This document shows, piece by piece, positions 37,356 to 45,220 of a stretch of DNA of 55,558 bases; the stretch's first letter is position 1; each line of letters opens with the position of its first letter. The DNA is taken from IMG/VR virus record IMGVR_UViG_3300048821_000030, positions 1 through 55,558 of that record. One strand, 5' to 3'. Under the pieces are notes generated by a model, which did not search any database, was not told the DNA's origin, and was given only the letters and a program-made list of their open reading frames with translations. The position numbers were made by a program, and so were the translations under genes. Source of the DNA: a virus. Taxonomy: Duplodnaviria > Caudoviricetes.

Positions 37356-37802
37356 TTACTTGCGGTCGATTCCGAACAACTCGGGAGCGAACATCGCATC
37401 GTAAGATGGACCGCCGTGGTCCGTAAGGCCCCACTTGGCCTCAATAATTTCTCCATCTCTAGGGCCTCTCCTGATTCTCTCAAGTTCCTCTTCCGGCCCC
37501 AAGCGGATTATCGAGGATAGCCACGAAGCATTCAGAATAAAGAGAATGATTCCGGGTTGCTTTCCGGCGAAGTCGAGCCACGTTCGCGGCAGTTCTGGGA
37601 TTTTCCAATTGTCCGGGTTGGAAAGAACATACTGCTGCCAGGGAAAGACGCGGCTTGTGTTTCCGCCATATCCCAGTGTTCCTAAACGGAACACGTCTGA
37701 TAGGTCTTGGTGAATGCGGATGCAAAGCTCACGCCCTATACGACCCAAACCTGTAGGGGAAGTAACTGCATCGGAAATGACGAGAAACGGTATCTGTGAC
37801 AT
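37356..37802 (-). CDS. Glycosyltransferase (GT-B) N-terminal-like fragment
   Basis: FLVISD....PTGLGRI.REL; only 148 aa, no C-terminal nucleotide-sugar domain. Confidence 0.5.
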   Translation of the reverse strand: MSQIPFLVISDAVTSPTGLGRIGRELCIRIHQDLSDVFRLGTLGYGGNTSRVFPWQQYVLSNPDNWKIPELPRTWLDFAGKQPGIILFILNASWLSSIIRLGPEEELERIRRGPRDGEIIEAKWGLTDHGGPSYDAMFAPELFGIDRK

Positions 37803-37824
37803 TCTTACTCCAAAATTTGGAATC

Positions 37825-38307
37825 CTACAACTGTTTCAGGCTGATCTTGCCGCCGTTCTTGTTGATGAGTCCAGCCTTCCACAACTGACTTACAACTCCA
37901 GCCACGCTCCCCTGAGCGCACTTTGCATGAAGCCGCAACTGTGTTTGAGATAGTTCTCCGTGGAGCATAAGAGCGTCGATGAATCGAGCAGGAATACCCG
38001 GCATTTTCCTCTTCCAATCTTCCCACACTGCGGCTTTGCGAGGATCAAGTCCCGAGGCAGATGCCATCTCTCCCTGCACACCTGTAGCCTCAATCTCTCC
38101 AAAGATCATTTGCAAGCCACTGTAGACAGGCGTGAGAGCTTCACGTAAACGAGAAACCCCACGCTCCATCGTTGCGGTTTTCTGCCGCTCCTTGCGTAGA
38201 TCGTCCTGCGCGTCCTCAAGTTGATTCCGTAGATCATCAATCTCTTGCTGAAGTTGATGGACTCTCTTAAGCGGGTCCGGTAGCGAACTAAGAATGGACA
38301 GACTCAC
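37825..38307 (-). CDS. Coiled-coil plus C-terminal wHTH protein
   Basis: GELSQTQL......GSV...VSQL.KAGLI.K; GGAGG SD before GTG 38307. Confidence 0.6.
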   Translation of the reverse strand: MSLSILSSLPDPLKRVHQLQQEIDDLRNQLEDAQDDLRKERQKTATMERGVSRLREALTPVYSGLQMIFGEIEATGVQGEMASASGLDPRKAAVWEDWKRKMPGIPARFIDALMLHGELSQTQLRLHAKCAQGSVAGVVSQLWKAGLINKNGGKISLKQL

Positions 38308-38902
38308 TGGAACCTCCTGTAAGTTTTGCTCTGAATGCGCCAAGGGTTTGCGTGAGGATTGCAGGTGCCCCAACTCGTTCAAGGCCGCGAATATAAGAGA
38401 ATGCCAGCCGCAGAGCGCAAAGATTCAACCGCGCCTCCGTGTACTGGTCAATCGCCATCACATACTCGTGTCGATGATCGTGCGTTCCAAGAATCCATGC
38501 CTTCGCCTGTTGACGCCACTCGGACAGCTTCTTAAACAATGCAGGATCGCCGCCACCTGGGGAGTCGGGGTGGGCCTTCCTTGCGCGGTCGCGGAATGCC
38601 TCGTCAATCTCAGCCAGCGTCGGCGCAGGGCTTTCGAGTCCCAACCCCTGCTGCCAAGAGAAGTCCTCCTTCTTCATTGACCACCATACCGACACGCCAG
38701 GGTCGAGACGATCACCCTCAGAGCGGCAGACGAGGATTGACGTTGCTTCCATCTTGTCAAGTTCGCTGGCAAGCATATCTCGGTATTGACCCCACGACTT
38801 CTTCCATGAGTGTTGCGGTTTGCGCTCCTTGATGCGCGTTCGTTCGCATCCATCCGGCCACTTCAACTTACATTCCTCAATCAGATCGACTTTCTTAGGC
38901 AT
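38288..38902 (-). CDS. J-domain (DnaJ-like) protein
   Basis: EIDEAFRDRARKAHPD..GG....FKKL. Confidence 0.75.
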   Translation of the reverse strand: MPKKVDLIEECKLKWPDGCERTRIKERKPQHSWKKSWGQYRDMLASELDKMEATSILVCRSEGDRLDPGVSVWWSMKKEDFSWQQGLGLESPAPTLAEIDEAFRDRARKAHPDSPGGGDPALFKKLSEWRQQAKAWILGTHDHRHEYVMAIDQYTEARLNLCALRLAFSYIRGLERVGAPAILTQTLGAFRAKLTGGSSESVHS

Positions 38903-39065
38903 CCTCTTCCCCCTCTACAAACCGCTCCCCGCAGTCCTCGCAAACGTACTGTCCCTCACCAACAATGGTCAGATCGTCGCTGCCACATTCAGGGCACACG
39001 GGAATATCTTCTGGCCCCTCGTCAAGATCATCGTCGAACTCGTCATACTCAAACGCGCCTCTCAC
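38895..39065 (-). CDS. Small acidic zinc-ribbon protein
   Basis: CPECGS...CEDCG; GTG overlaps upstream TGA. Confidence 0.55.
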   Translation of the reverse strand: MRGAFEYDEFDDDLDEGPEDIPVCPECGSDDLTIVGEGQYVCEDCGERFVEGEEDA

Positions 39066-39181
39066 TTGACCACCGGAACTCTCTTGCAACGCACACAGGC
39101 CAGATGAAGCCGGTACGGATTGTGCCGGTCCCTCACTGGCCTTGGCTTGCAGCCGAATAGTTTGCAAATCAATCGCTTCAT
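39062..39181 (-). CDS. 39-aa leaderless Cys-rich protein (DUF1660-like N-terminus)
   Basis: MKRLICKLFGCKP...CVRC; TATTCT-N6-ATG. Confidence 0.6.
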   Translation of the reverse strand: MKRLICKLFGCKPRPVRDRHNPYRLHLACVRCKRVPVVK

Positions 39182-39197
39182 GTAGGCAGAATACACC

Positions 39198-39956
39198 TTA
39201 AACCGTTTCTGTGGGGAACTCGTGAATCAGCAAGTGAGCGGGGATCAAAGCAGCACCTTCCGCTGACGTTCTTGCGCCCATCTGCTTCATCCAAAACTTA
39301 CTGCCGTTGGCTTTGCACTCTCTCTGCACATCCTCGGCCCACTTCTGTTCCATCGGTCTGCGTCCGGCTCCGCTCTCTGCTCCGCATATCACCCAATCCG
39401 GCACAATCGCCCACTGACCCATCCCGTTTATTTGCAGCGGCCCAAGAGCTGGTTCATAGCTGATGAATGTTGTCAGGTCGCGTCCGAGAGCAGCCCGGTA
39501 CAGATACGGCCAGCGAAGATCATAGTTTTTCTGATCCTCTGTCGACGTTCCGAGCCACACGTTGCCGTGCTTGAATTCTTGCGGCAGGTACTTAGCATAC
39601 CGTTGTGGTCGCTTTGTGAGGAGTTGCCAGATGAGGTTCGGCGTGTTGTCGATCAACCCCCAAAGTCGCTCACGCTGACCGGCCGGTGCCTCGTCATCCA
39701 TCACATCTGCCATCGAAGCGCAGAACACCCTCCACGGATTCCCTGACTTCTTGGCAAGCCGATCCCATTTCAACGGCTCTTTCCAGTAAGCGTCACTCAT
39801 CACCTTACGAGGAACTCCCTTACCCCAATGCGGATCTCCAAACCGTTTGTCGAGTGTCTCCGCGTAGCAGTTGTCACACCCTGGAGAAATTTTTGTACAT
39901 CCATGCCACGAATTAAAAGTTGAGTGGCACCAAGAAATACCTGTTTCCTGTCCCAT
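39198..39956 (-). CDS. DUF5131 / phage Gp37Gp68 family protein
   Basis: TGISWC.STFN.W.GCTKISPGCDNCYA, VFCASMAD, LLTKRP, SYEP.LG, DWVICGAESG, KQMG. Confidence 0.9.
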   Translation of the reverse strand: MGQETGISWCHSTFNSWHGCTKISPGCDNCYAETLDKRFGDPHWGKGVPRKVMSDAYWKEPLKWDRLAKKSGNPWRVFCASMADVMDDEAPAGQRERLWGLIDNTPNLIWQLLTKRPQRYAKYLPQEFKHGNVWLGTSTEDQKNYDLRWPYLYRAALGRDLTTFISYEPALGPLQINGMGQWAIVPDWVICGAESGAGRRPMEQKWAEDVQRECKANGSKFWMKQMGARTSAEGAALIPAHLLIHEFPTETV

Positions 39957-39980
39957 AAACCCTCCATATTAGGAACTGTA

Positions 39981-40250
39981 TCATGTTGGCAGATTCGTGT
40001 TGTCAGGCCAGATTACCCTCCCGCAAGGCATCGTAAACTCCCTCGGGTCGGAAACCGACTTCTCAACCGTAACCAGAGCCCAGGCCGGACAGGTCTCACA
40101 CTCGATCTTGTACGAGCCTCGGTCTGGAGCCTCTGGCAGCTTCACCGTACACTCGGTTCCTGAGCACGTACTCTTCGGTCGTTCGCGGCCTAGCCAACTC
40201 TTCCGGTCTGGGGAGGTAGCGCCGATGAAGTAGAGTTTGTGGTCATTCAT
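39981..40250 (-). CDS. Hypothetical Cys-containing protein
   Basis: MNDHKLYF..., ATGA overlap with upstream gene. Confidence 0.5.
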   Translation of the reverse strand: MNDHKLYFIGATSPDRKSWLGRERPKSTCSGTECTVKLPEAPDRGSYKIECETCPAWALVTVEKSVSDPREFTMPCGRVIWPDNTNLPT

Positions 40251-40633
40251 TGGGACCGTTCTCCCGCGTATACAAACTCGTGCGATAGAGCCACAATGTC
40301 GTCCTCTTCTCCATCTAAGGAAACTCTCATGCGAGCTACGTCTCGCGTAATGATGTTTACCAACTGCGGATGATGTGGGCACTCCGCGCCTTCGGTCCTG
40401 CCGAAAATCTCGCACAAGGCTGGCCGCACCGGATACACCGCGCATGTCCAATTCCGCGTGTCCACAAAAGCGCAAGTCAACTTCCCTCTCTTTTGCGCCT
40501 TTAGCACCGCGTACTCTTCAGCCGGTACGCTCGCCAGATGTTTTTCAATTGCCGCGAGACGATGCGCCGACAAAGGGACTATGCCGCAACAGTCGGCATG
40601 GCAAGTCGAGCATGGCAATTTATCACTCATCAT
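40247..40633 (-). CDS. YkgJ-family cysteine-cluster protein
   Basis: CSTCHADCC, CAF, CAVYPVRPALC, CPH. Confidence 0.85.
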   Translation of the reverse strand: MMSDKLPCSTCHADCCGIVPLSAHRLAAIEKHLASVPAEEYAVLKAQKRGKLTCAFVDTRNWTCAVYPVRPALCEIFGRTEGAECPHHPQLVNIITRDVARMRVSLDGEEDDIVALSHEFVYAGERSQ

Positions 40634-40833
40634 TGGTTCTCCAAATTTTGGAGTCGGCTTGCCGCGTCCTTCCAAGCCTCTTCATCGGTCCAGTGGATGC
40701 CGCTTAGGAACACGTAGCCAACCAATGCAGGCGGGTCCGACTGCTCCCGTGGACGGCGTATCTCGACACGCGACCTGCGCCAATATAAATACGCTGTCGG
40801 GTATTTACTAAAGACCTTTTCCTGATATGTCAT
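40630..40833 (-). CDS. Hypothetical protein
   Basis: 67 aa, GAGG SD, EEAWKDAA motif. Confidence 0.55.
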   Translation of the reverse strand: MTYQEKVFSKYPTAYLYWRRSRVEIRRPREQSDPPALVGYVFLSGIHWTDEEAWKDAASRLQNLENQ

Positions 40834-40919
40834 GGTTCCTCGCGTATTCCACTACTCTTGCTTTTACGGTCGCTGCGCTAGGCTTACAAGGCTCGCTACT
40901 GCGTAGCGGCCTTGTGGGG

Positions 40920-41033
40920 AATGTTTCTGCTTCTGTCATTTGCCTCTGCCTCTGTAATGTGCATCTGCTTTCTGCCTCTGCTTTCTGCTATGTGTGATGT
41001 TACGGTAACGTAACGCTACGTAACGCCGTTACG
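40920..41033. repeat. Short TCTGC and GTAAC/GTTAC repeat cluster (iteron-like)
   Basis: Multiple TCTGC(C/T) units followed by GTTACG/GTAACG/TAACG units. Confidence 0.6.
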
Positions 41034-41459
41034 ATATTGCTTCCTTCGCTCTCGAAGTTTTCTTTGTCGGTCAGCGGCAGTATGGTCTTTGTCCCTATAT
41101 TTCATGAAGTTAAGGATTAAAAAGCCGCCGTCAGTACGAATCATTCGCCTGCCATCGAACTCCGTTGATCGGCTTTCAATCTCAGGTTCCCCCAACCTTC
41201 GAAGAGCATCTAAGCCAGCATCTTTGTCGACGCCGGCCCGGTTAATGATTCCAAGGCTTGCGGCTGGTACGAAGCCGTACCAACCTGGGGGAGCCTCGAA
41301 GTCGGTGAATTCCAACTGACCAACCTCAATTTGTCGAGTGGGATCTTTGAACTCTCTTGGTTCTGCCATTAGAAGAGCTGTGATGAAGATTTCTCTGAGG
41401 TCGCGTTCAATCCAGAGCGTAGAATCGAGGATTTTGGTGTCGAGTTTTACGAATGCCAT
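41016..41459 (-). CDS. Replication-initiator N-terminal domain, apparently truncated
   Basis: FVKLD..ILDSTLW, FIT.LLMA, GGFLILNF.KYR, RQRK.RER; full leaderless promoter TTGCGT-17-TACTTT-N6-ATG. Confidence 0.6.
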   Translation of the reverse strand: MAFVKLDTKILDSTLWIERDLREIFITALLMAEPREFKDPTRQIEVGQLEFTDFEAPPGWYGFVPAASLGIINRAGVDKDAGLDALRRLGEPEIESRSTEFDGRRMIRTDGGFLILNFMKYRDKDHTAADRQRKLRERRKQYRNGVT

Positions 41460-41536
41460 TCGCACAAAGTAACACCTGTCACTCCGTTACGCAAGACATT
41501 TTTGCAGCATTTGTGGAAGTCTGGTATGATTCTTTT

Positions 41537-41630
41537 GTGATAGGGGCGTACCGCGCCCACACCTTTTGGTTGCCTCCATTTGCTGTTTCACTTACCTCCA
41601 GCCCCGGCCTCAAAGCCGGGGTTCCTTTTT
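41537..41630 (+). ncRNA. Candidate ~95-nt sRNA
   Basis: TTGCAG-17-TATGAT promoter (41502-41530, extended TG) and terminator CCCCGGC/GCCGGGG-TTCCTTTTT (41602-41630). Confidence 0.5.
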
Positions 41631-41672
41631 GCCTGTTTCCCACTTTTACACAATCCGGTGTATCCTGCCTAC

Positions 41673-41882
41673 ATGGACACGATTTCCACATGCGATCTGT
41701 GCAAATACTGGCAGTGGCGGCTGAGAGATGTAAGCCGATCTAAAGAAAAAGCTATCGAAGCCAACACTCAGCGCCAGTTGAACGGATGCTCAACCGAATC
41801 AATCGGCGGCTTCCATGATGATTTCCTCTCAGTGAGACACGCTCTTGTGCGGCATAGACTCTCCGCGCATGGTACGGCATAA
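41673..41882 (+). CDS. Leaderless hypothetical protein (CxxC, HxxxxH)
   Basis: TATCCT-GCCTAC-ATG; MDTISTCDLCKYW... Confidence 0.5.
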   Translation: MDTISTCDLCKYWQWRLRDVSRSKEKAIEANTQRQLNGCSTESIGGFHDDFLSVRHALVRHRLSAHGTA

Positions 41883-42007
41883 TGATTGTCGAAGTCTGGA
41901 GCCTCAAGAGAGGTATCATCGACCCACCAGAGCCGCTGGAACCTGAGCACAGCGCATGGGTTGAAGACCTCTGGTGGAGGCAAAACAACCCCGAAGAGTC
42001 TGAGTGA
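41882..42007 (+). CDS. 41-aa acidic peptide
   Basis: TAATG coupling with upstream ORF; MIVEVWSLKRGIIDPPEP... Confidence 0.4.
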   Translation: MIVEVWSLKRGIIDPPEPLEPEHSAWVEDLWWRQNNPEESE

Positions 42008-42041
42008 ATAAGCTATTGGGGAACGCTGCGGAGAGAACTTC

Positions 42042-42935
42042 CTATTGCATCTGGGGATCGTTAATTATGTCACTCAGCATCTTGCAGACCTTTACCCCGA
42101 ACTGGTAGCGGCTTGCAAAGTATTTCGCTAAACCTGGGTTCCTGGCTTCACCGTCCTTGGAGAACGCGAAACTGAGGGTTCTGTAGAGGATGTACTGAGT
42201 TAGGCAGTCCGGCACGATGAAGCCGTCTCCCCACCCCATAGTCTGCGCCTGCCGCTGCGCGTAGACACACTCCAAGCTAAGATTGTTCCCCATCCTCGGC
42301 CAGATGCCGACGTTCTGGATGCCGATTTTATCCCTAAACCAAACCCTCGGCTGGCTCAACGCCTGCTGGCTCCATCCGTAGAACATCGAATCGAGATTGC
42401 TTTGTGAAGTCTCCCTCAGCGGATACGACTCGTAAGCCACCCTCACCGGAAACAGCGAATCGGCCGACAGAGCCGTATTCTGAGTCGTTGGGGCCACAAC
42501 CAAATCCGCGATGTTGTACGCCAGCGGAACGTCCGTGTAGAAATCCGAAGTGGCGCTGCTGATGTATGCGATCATCTCCGACTGAGTAAAGAGCGGATCT
42601 GTCGGATACCGCACCGGGAACGTGCTTCCGTTTATCCATTCTCCTGCCGCGTGAGCATTCGCAAAGTTCGCAGTGAAGCTCACACCCACGTTGACAGCCG
42701 TAACCGTAACAACTTCGAGGTTCCCCCCAGTCACTCCGCACACCAACTGAGCGCCGACGTAGAAGCAGACCGTGGGAACCCACACTGCCGGATTGCTGAT
42801 GGGAATCGTTTGAGAACCGGCTGTGATCGCGGCAGGAAATTGCTCGTTGACGACAGGCTGGATCAGCGCGTAGCTCGCGTCCTGGAGCCTATCGATCACG
42901 CGAAGATAACCTGCTCCAACTGTCGGGGATGACAT
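42042..42935 (-). CDS. Putative head-tail adaptor/virion protein
   Basis: FTQSEMIAYIS, P..W, IWP, AFSKDGE pattern; position in structural module. Confidence 0.6.
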   Translation of the reverse strand: MSSPTVGAGYLRVIDRLQDASYALIQPVVNEQFPAAITAGSQTIPISNPAVWVPTVCFYVGAQLVCGVTGGNLEVVTVTAVNVGVSFTANFANAHAAGEWINGSTFPVRYPTDPLFTQSEMIAYISSATSDFYTDVPLAYNIADLVVAPTTQNTALSADSLFPVRVAYESYPLRETSQSNLDSMFYGWSQQALSQPRVWFRDKIGIQNVGIWPRMGNNLSLECVYAQRQAQTMGWGDGFIVPDCLTQYILYRTLSFAFSKDGEARNPGLAKYFASRYQFGVKVCKMLSDIINDPQMQ

Positions 42936-43237
42936 CAGTCCTCCCAGTCCGACAAATCAACGGTTTGATTTACGAGAGCGTGCGTGCAGTCTCCGAGAAA
43001 TTGAATCTTGCCGTCTTTTACGAAAGAGTGACACCGAACATCTTTCCCGTCGCTATCAGTTGCTGAAAAGTTAATGCTCGGCATAACTGTTGGGAGATCT
43101 TCATTGCCGTTCCAGTCCCATACGGGCTCAGGGAGAAGCGCCTGACCGTTGATTTTCACGCGAATGCGGTGGTGGTATCCACACCCAGGGCAACTGAATC
43201 CAGCATAGCCCTTATCTGACACGCTCAACTTCGCCAT
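42935..43237 (-). CDS. DUF6527-family protein
   Basis: CPGCG..H, WDWNG...PT..PSI, CHSFV.DG.IQFLGDCTH.L..QTVDL. Confidence 0.75.
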   Translation of the reverse strand: MAKLSVSDKGYAGFSCPGCGYHHRIRVKINGQALLPEPVWDWNGNEDLPTVMPSINFSATDSDGKDVRCHSFVKDGKIQFLGDCTHALVNQTVDLSDWED

Positions 43238-43252
43238 GGAATCATTTTCAAC

Positions 43253-43603
43253 CTAGCGGCTTGTGGAGTCTACTGGAATCGGCCAGAGACCGCGTTCTGT
43301 GAGAATTTCCACGTACTCGGCATAGTTCTTCGGATGGAGACAGGCTTCCATATAGAAGGCGCTGCGCACCAACCTGTAAGCCGCCAAGTATCCGATGTAG
43401 TCCTTCTCGTCTAAAAGCCGGTTGAAGGGGCGAATGGCATCGTAGAACTCTCGCTCACGCTTTTCCTCTGCCCTGCCAGTCTCTTCCAGATTTGCCAAAG
43501 CATTCTGCAACATCTCAAGAGTTATAACGCAGCAACCAGCCCCCGAATAATAAGGCAGTGATGTTGAAGACCGCGTGATGCCGCCGTAGGTTTCGTTGCT
43601 CAT
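43253..43603 (-). CDS. Leaderless hypothetical protein
   Basis: TATGAT-GTAGGC-ATG; 116 aa. Confidence 0.55.
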   Translation of the reverse strand: MSNETYGGITRSSTSLPYYSGAGCCVITLEMLQNALANLEETGRAEEKREREFYDAIRPFNRLLDEKDYIGYLAAYRLVRSAFYMEACLHPKNYAEYVEILTERGLWPIPVDSTSR

Positions 43604-43667
43604 GCCTACATCATATCGCTATTCTATTGTTTTGGGGTTCACCTGGCTGCGGCCGCCGTAGGCCGAA

Positions 43668-44363
43668 CTATGCGACCCGAGCAAATGCTCCGTGAAACTC
43701 ACTAGCAGCCTTGCAGTAAGCAGCATAGGCCAATTCAGGGGTCGGGAATAGTCCAAGATACACTTTCTTTCCGTTGACGCTAATTTGTGCAGTCCACTTC
43801 CCCGTAGCTTTATGCCACGAGACGCCTTTATAACCACTTTTGTTTGTAACCGGCTTCTTTGTATTCTGCATATTTTGGGCGGAAGATGCAGGTCGGACAT
43901 TATCCCTTCGGTTGTCGAGAGTATTGCGATTCTTGTGATCTGGCTTAATAATTCCAGCAACTTCTCTGTGCATGTAAATATGGGCTTTATGGTTGCCGTC
44001 CGCGTGACGAACCGCATAGTAGCAATTTCCCTTTTTGTCCTGTTTCGCAAACCATTTTGACCTCATCAGCCAGATGTAATCAACCTCATCAACTATGGTC
44101 CAGAGTCCGCGAGTGAGAGGGATGAGGCGGCAATACACTCCGTCTATCTTGAAGGGAAGGGCATCTACAATTATCGGCCTGATTTTGCTTTGATGACCTA
44201 GCACGTAGCGGCACGGATAGCCCTGTTTGACGCCGAATTTACGGCTTGTCATTGTGCAGATTTTCGTCTGCTCGCCACACTCGCAATGGCAGTTGCCGTA
44301 ACCAACTTTGCAATTAGTTCCGCAAAATATGCATGTTGGTACAATTGCTTCGAGGGGTGTCAT
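43668..44363 (-). CDS. HNH-AP2 homing endonuclease
   Basis: CHCECG, MHR, DHKNRNTLDNRRDN.R, N..SGYKGV.W....KW.AQI......YLG.F.TPE.A..AY. Confidence 0.9.
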   Translation of the reverse strand: MTPLEAIVPTCIFCGTNCKVGYGNCHCECGEQTKICTMTSRKFGVKQGYPCRYVLGHQSKIRPIIVDALPFKIDGVYCRLIPLTRGLWTIVDEVDYIWLMRSKWFAKQDKKGNCYYAVRHADGNHKAHIYMHREVAGIIKPDHKNRNTLDNRRDNVRPASSAQNMQNTKKPVTNKSGYKGVSWHKATGKWTAQISVNGKKVYLGLFPTPELAYAAYCKAASEFHGAFARVA

Positions 44364-44423
44364 AGTCGCTCCAATCCAGCGATGAGGCTTGCCGGGAGGT
44401 CGCACTCCCTGACACCCTTTATT

Positions 44424-45155
44424 CTACTCCACGGTCTTAGAATTTACTGCCGATCTTGCCCCATACGCAGACGAGAAAACCAGCGAGTCTAAGCGGTTTT
44501 GGAAGAGGCTGAGGGCCTTAACTTCGGCGAGATATTCCTCGAAAACCACAGACGCCTCTTCTGCTTCTTGACCGCCTTCTTTAGCTCTGAGTTGTGCCGC
44601 CGCGTACTTGGACAGCAAATCGGAGAACTCACTTTGCAATGGAATGGTCTCATTGCCTGTTAGCGGCCTTGGGGTGTTGATCGGGCAAGCGATGAAGTCA
44701 ATGACCACGTTAGCCTCCGCGACCAATTGCGGATAGATGAAGAACCCCGAAACACCCAACGGCCCCCAACCGATGATCTGTGTCCCCGGTGTCATCTGGC
44801 CCCAGCCGGGGTTCATCTGATCCAAGCCACTCAGAGAGGTCTTCCTAATGGGATATGGCGCTTTCATCCTCAACGGCGCCACAATGCCCACAGGGACCGT
44901 AGGGCTCGCGTAGAGGCCCCCTCCTGACGCCTGAAGGCTGAACCACGTCGTATTCGCTGCCAAGGTCACCTGGACGCTCACAAGCTGCACTACGCCGGTT
45001 ATGAGAGACGCTTCGAAGATCCCGTCAACCATCGCCGGATAGACCTCGCCGGTCAGCGACCAGAAAATTGGTCCAGATGGAGTAGCCGAAGGCAGGGCCT
45101 CCTCAACTCTGGACAGCACATCCGGCAACAAATCCGAGAGTACCAGTAGCGCCAC
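44424..45155 (-). CDS. Putative adaptor/virion protein
   Basis: FIYP, LL.KYAA...RAKEGG.E; resembles 42042..42935. Confidence 0.55.
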   Translation of the reverse strand: MALLVLSDLLPDVLSRVEEALPSATPSGPIFWSLTGEVYPAMVDGIFEASLITGVVQLVSVQVTLAANTTWFSLQASGGGLYASPTVPVGIVAPLRMKAPYPIRKTSLSGLDQMNPGWGQMTPGTQIIGWGPLGVSGFFIYPQLVAEANVVIDFIACPINTPRPLTGNETIPLQSEFSDLLSKYAAAQLRAKEGGQEAEEASVVFEEYLAEVKALSLFQNRLDSLVFSSAYGARSAVNSKTVE

Positions 45156-45166
45156 GGTTCCCTTTC

Positions 45167-45195
45167 AAAAGCAAAGCCGCCCAATGAGAGCGGCC
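45167..45195 (-). terminator. Rho-independent terminator
   Basis: GCCGCTC/GGGCGGC stem followed by TTTGCTTTT. Confidence 0.6.
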
Positions 45196-45220
45196 TTGAC
45201 TTGGATTCCAAAATTTGGAA

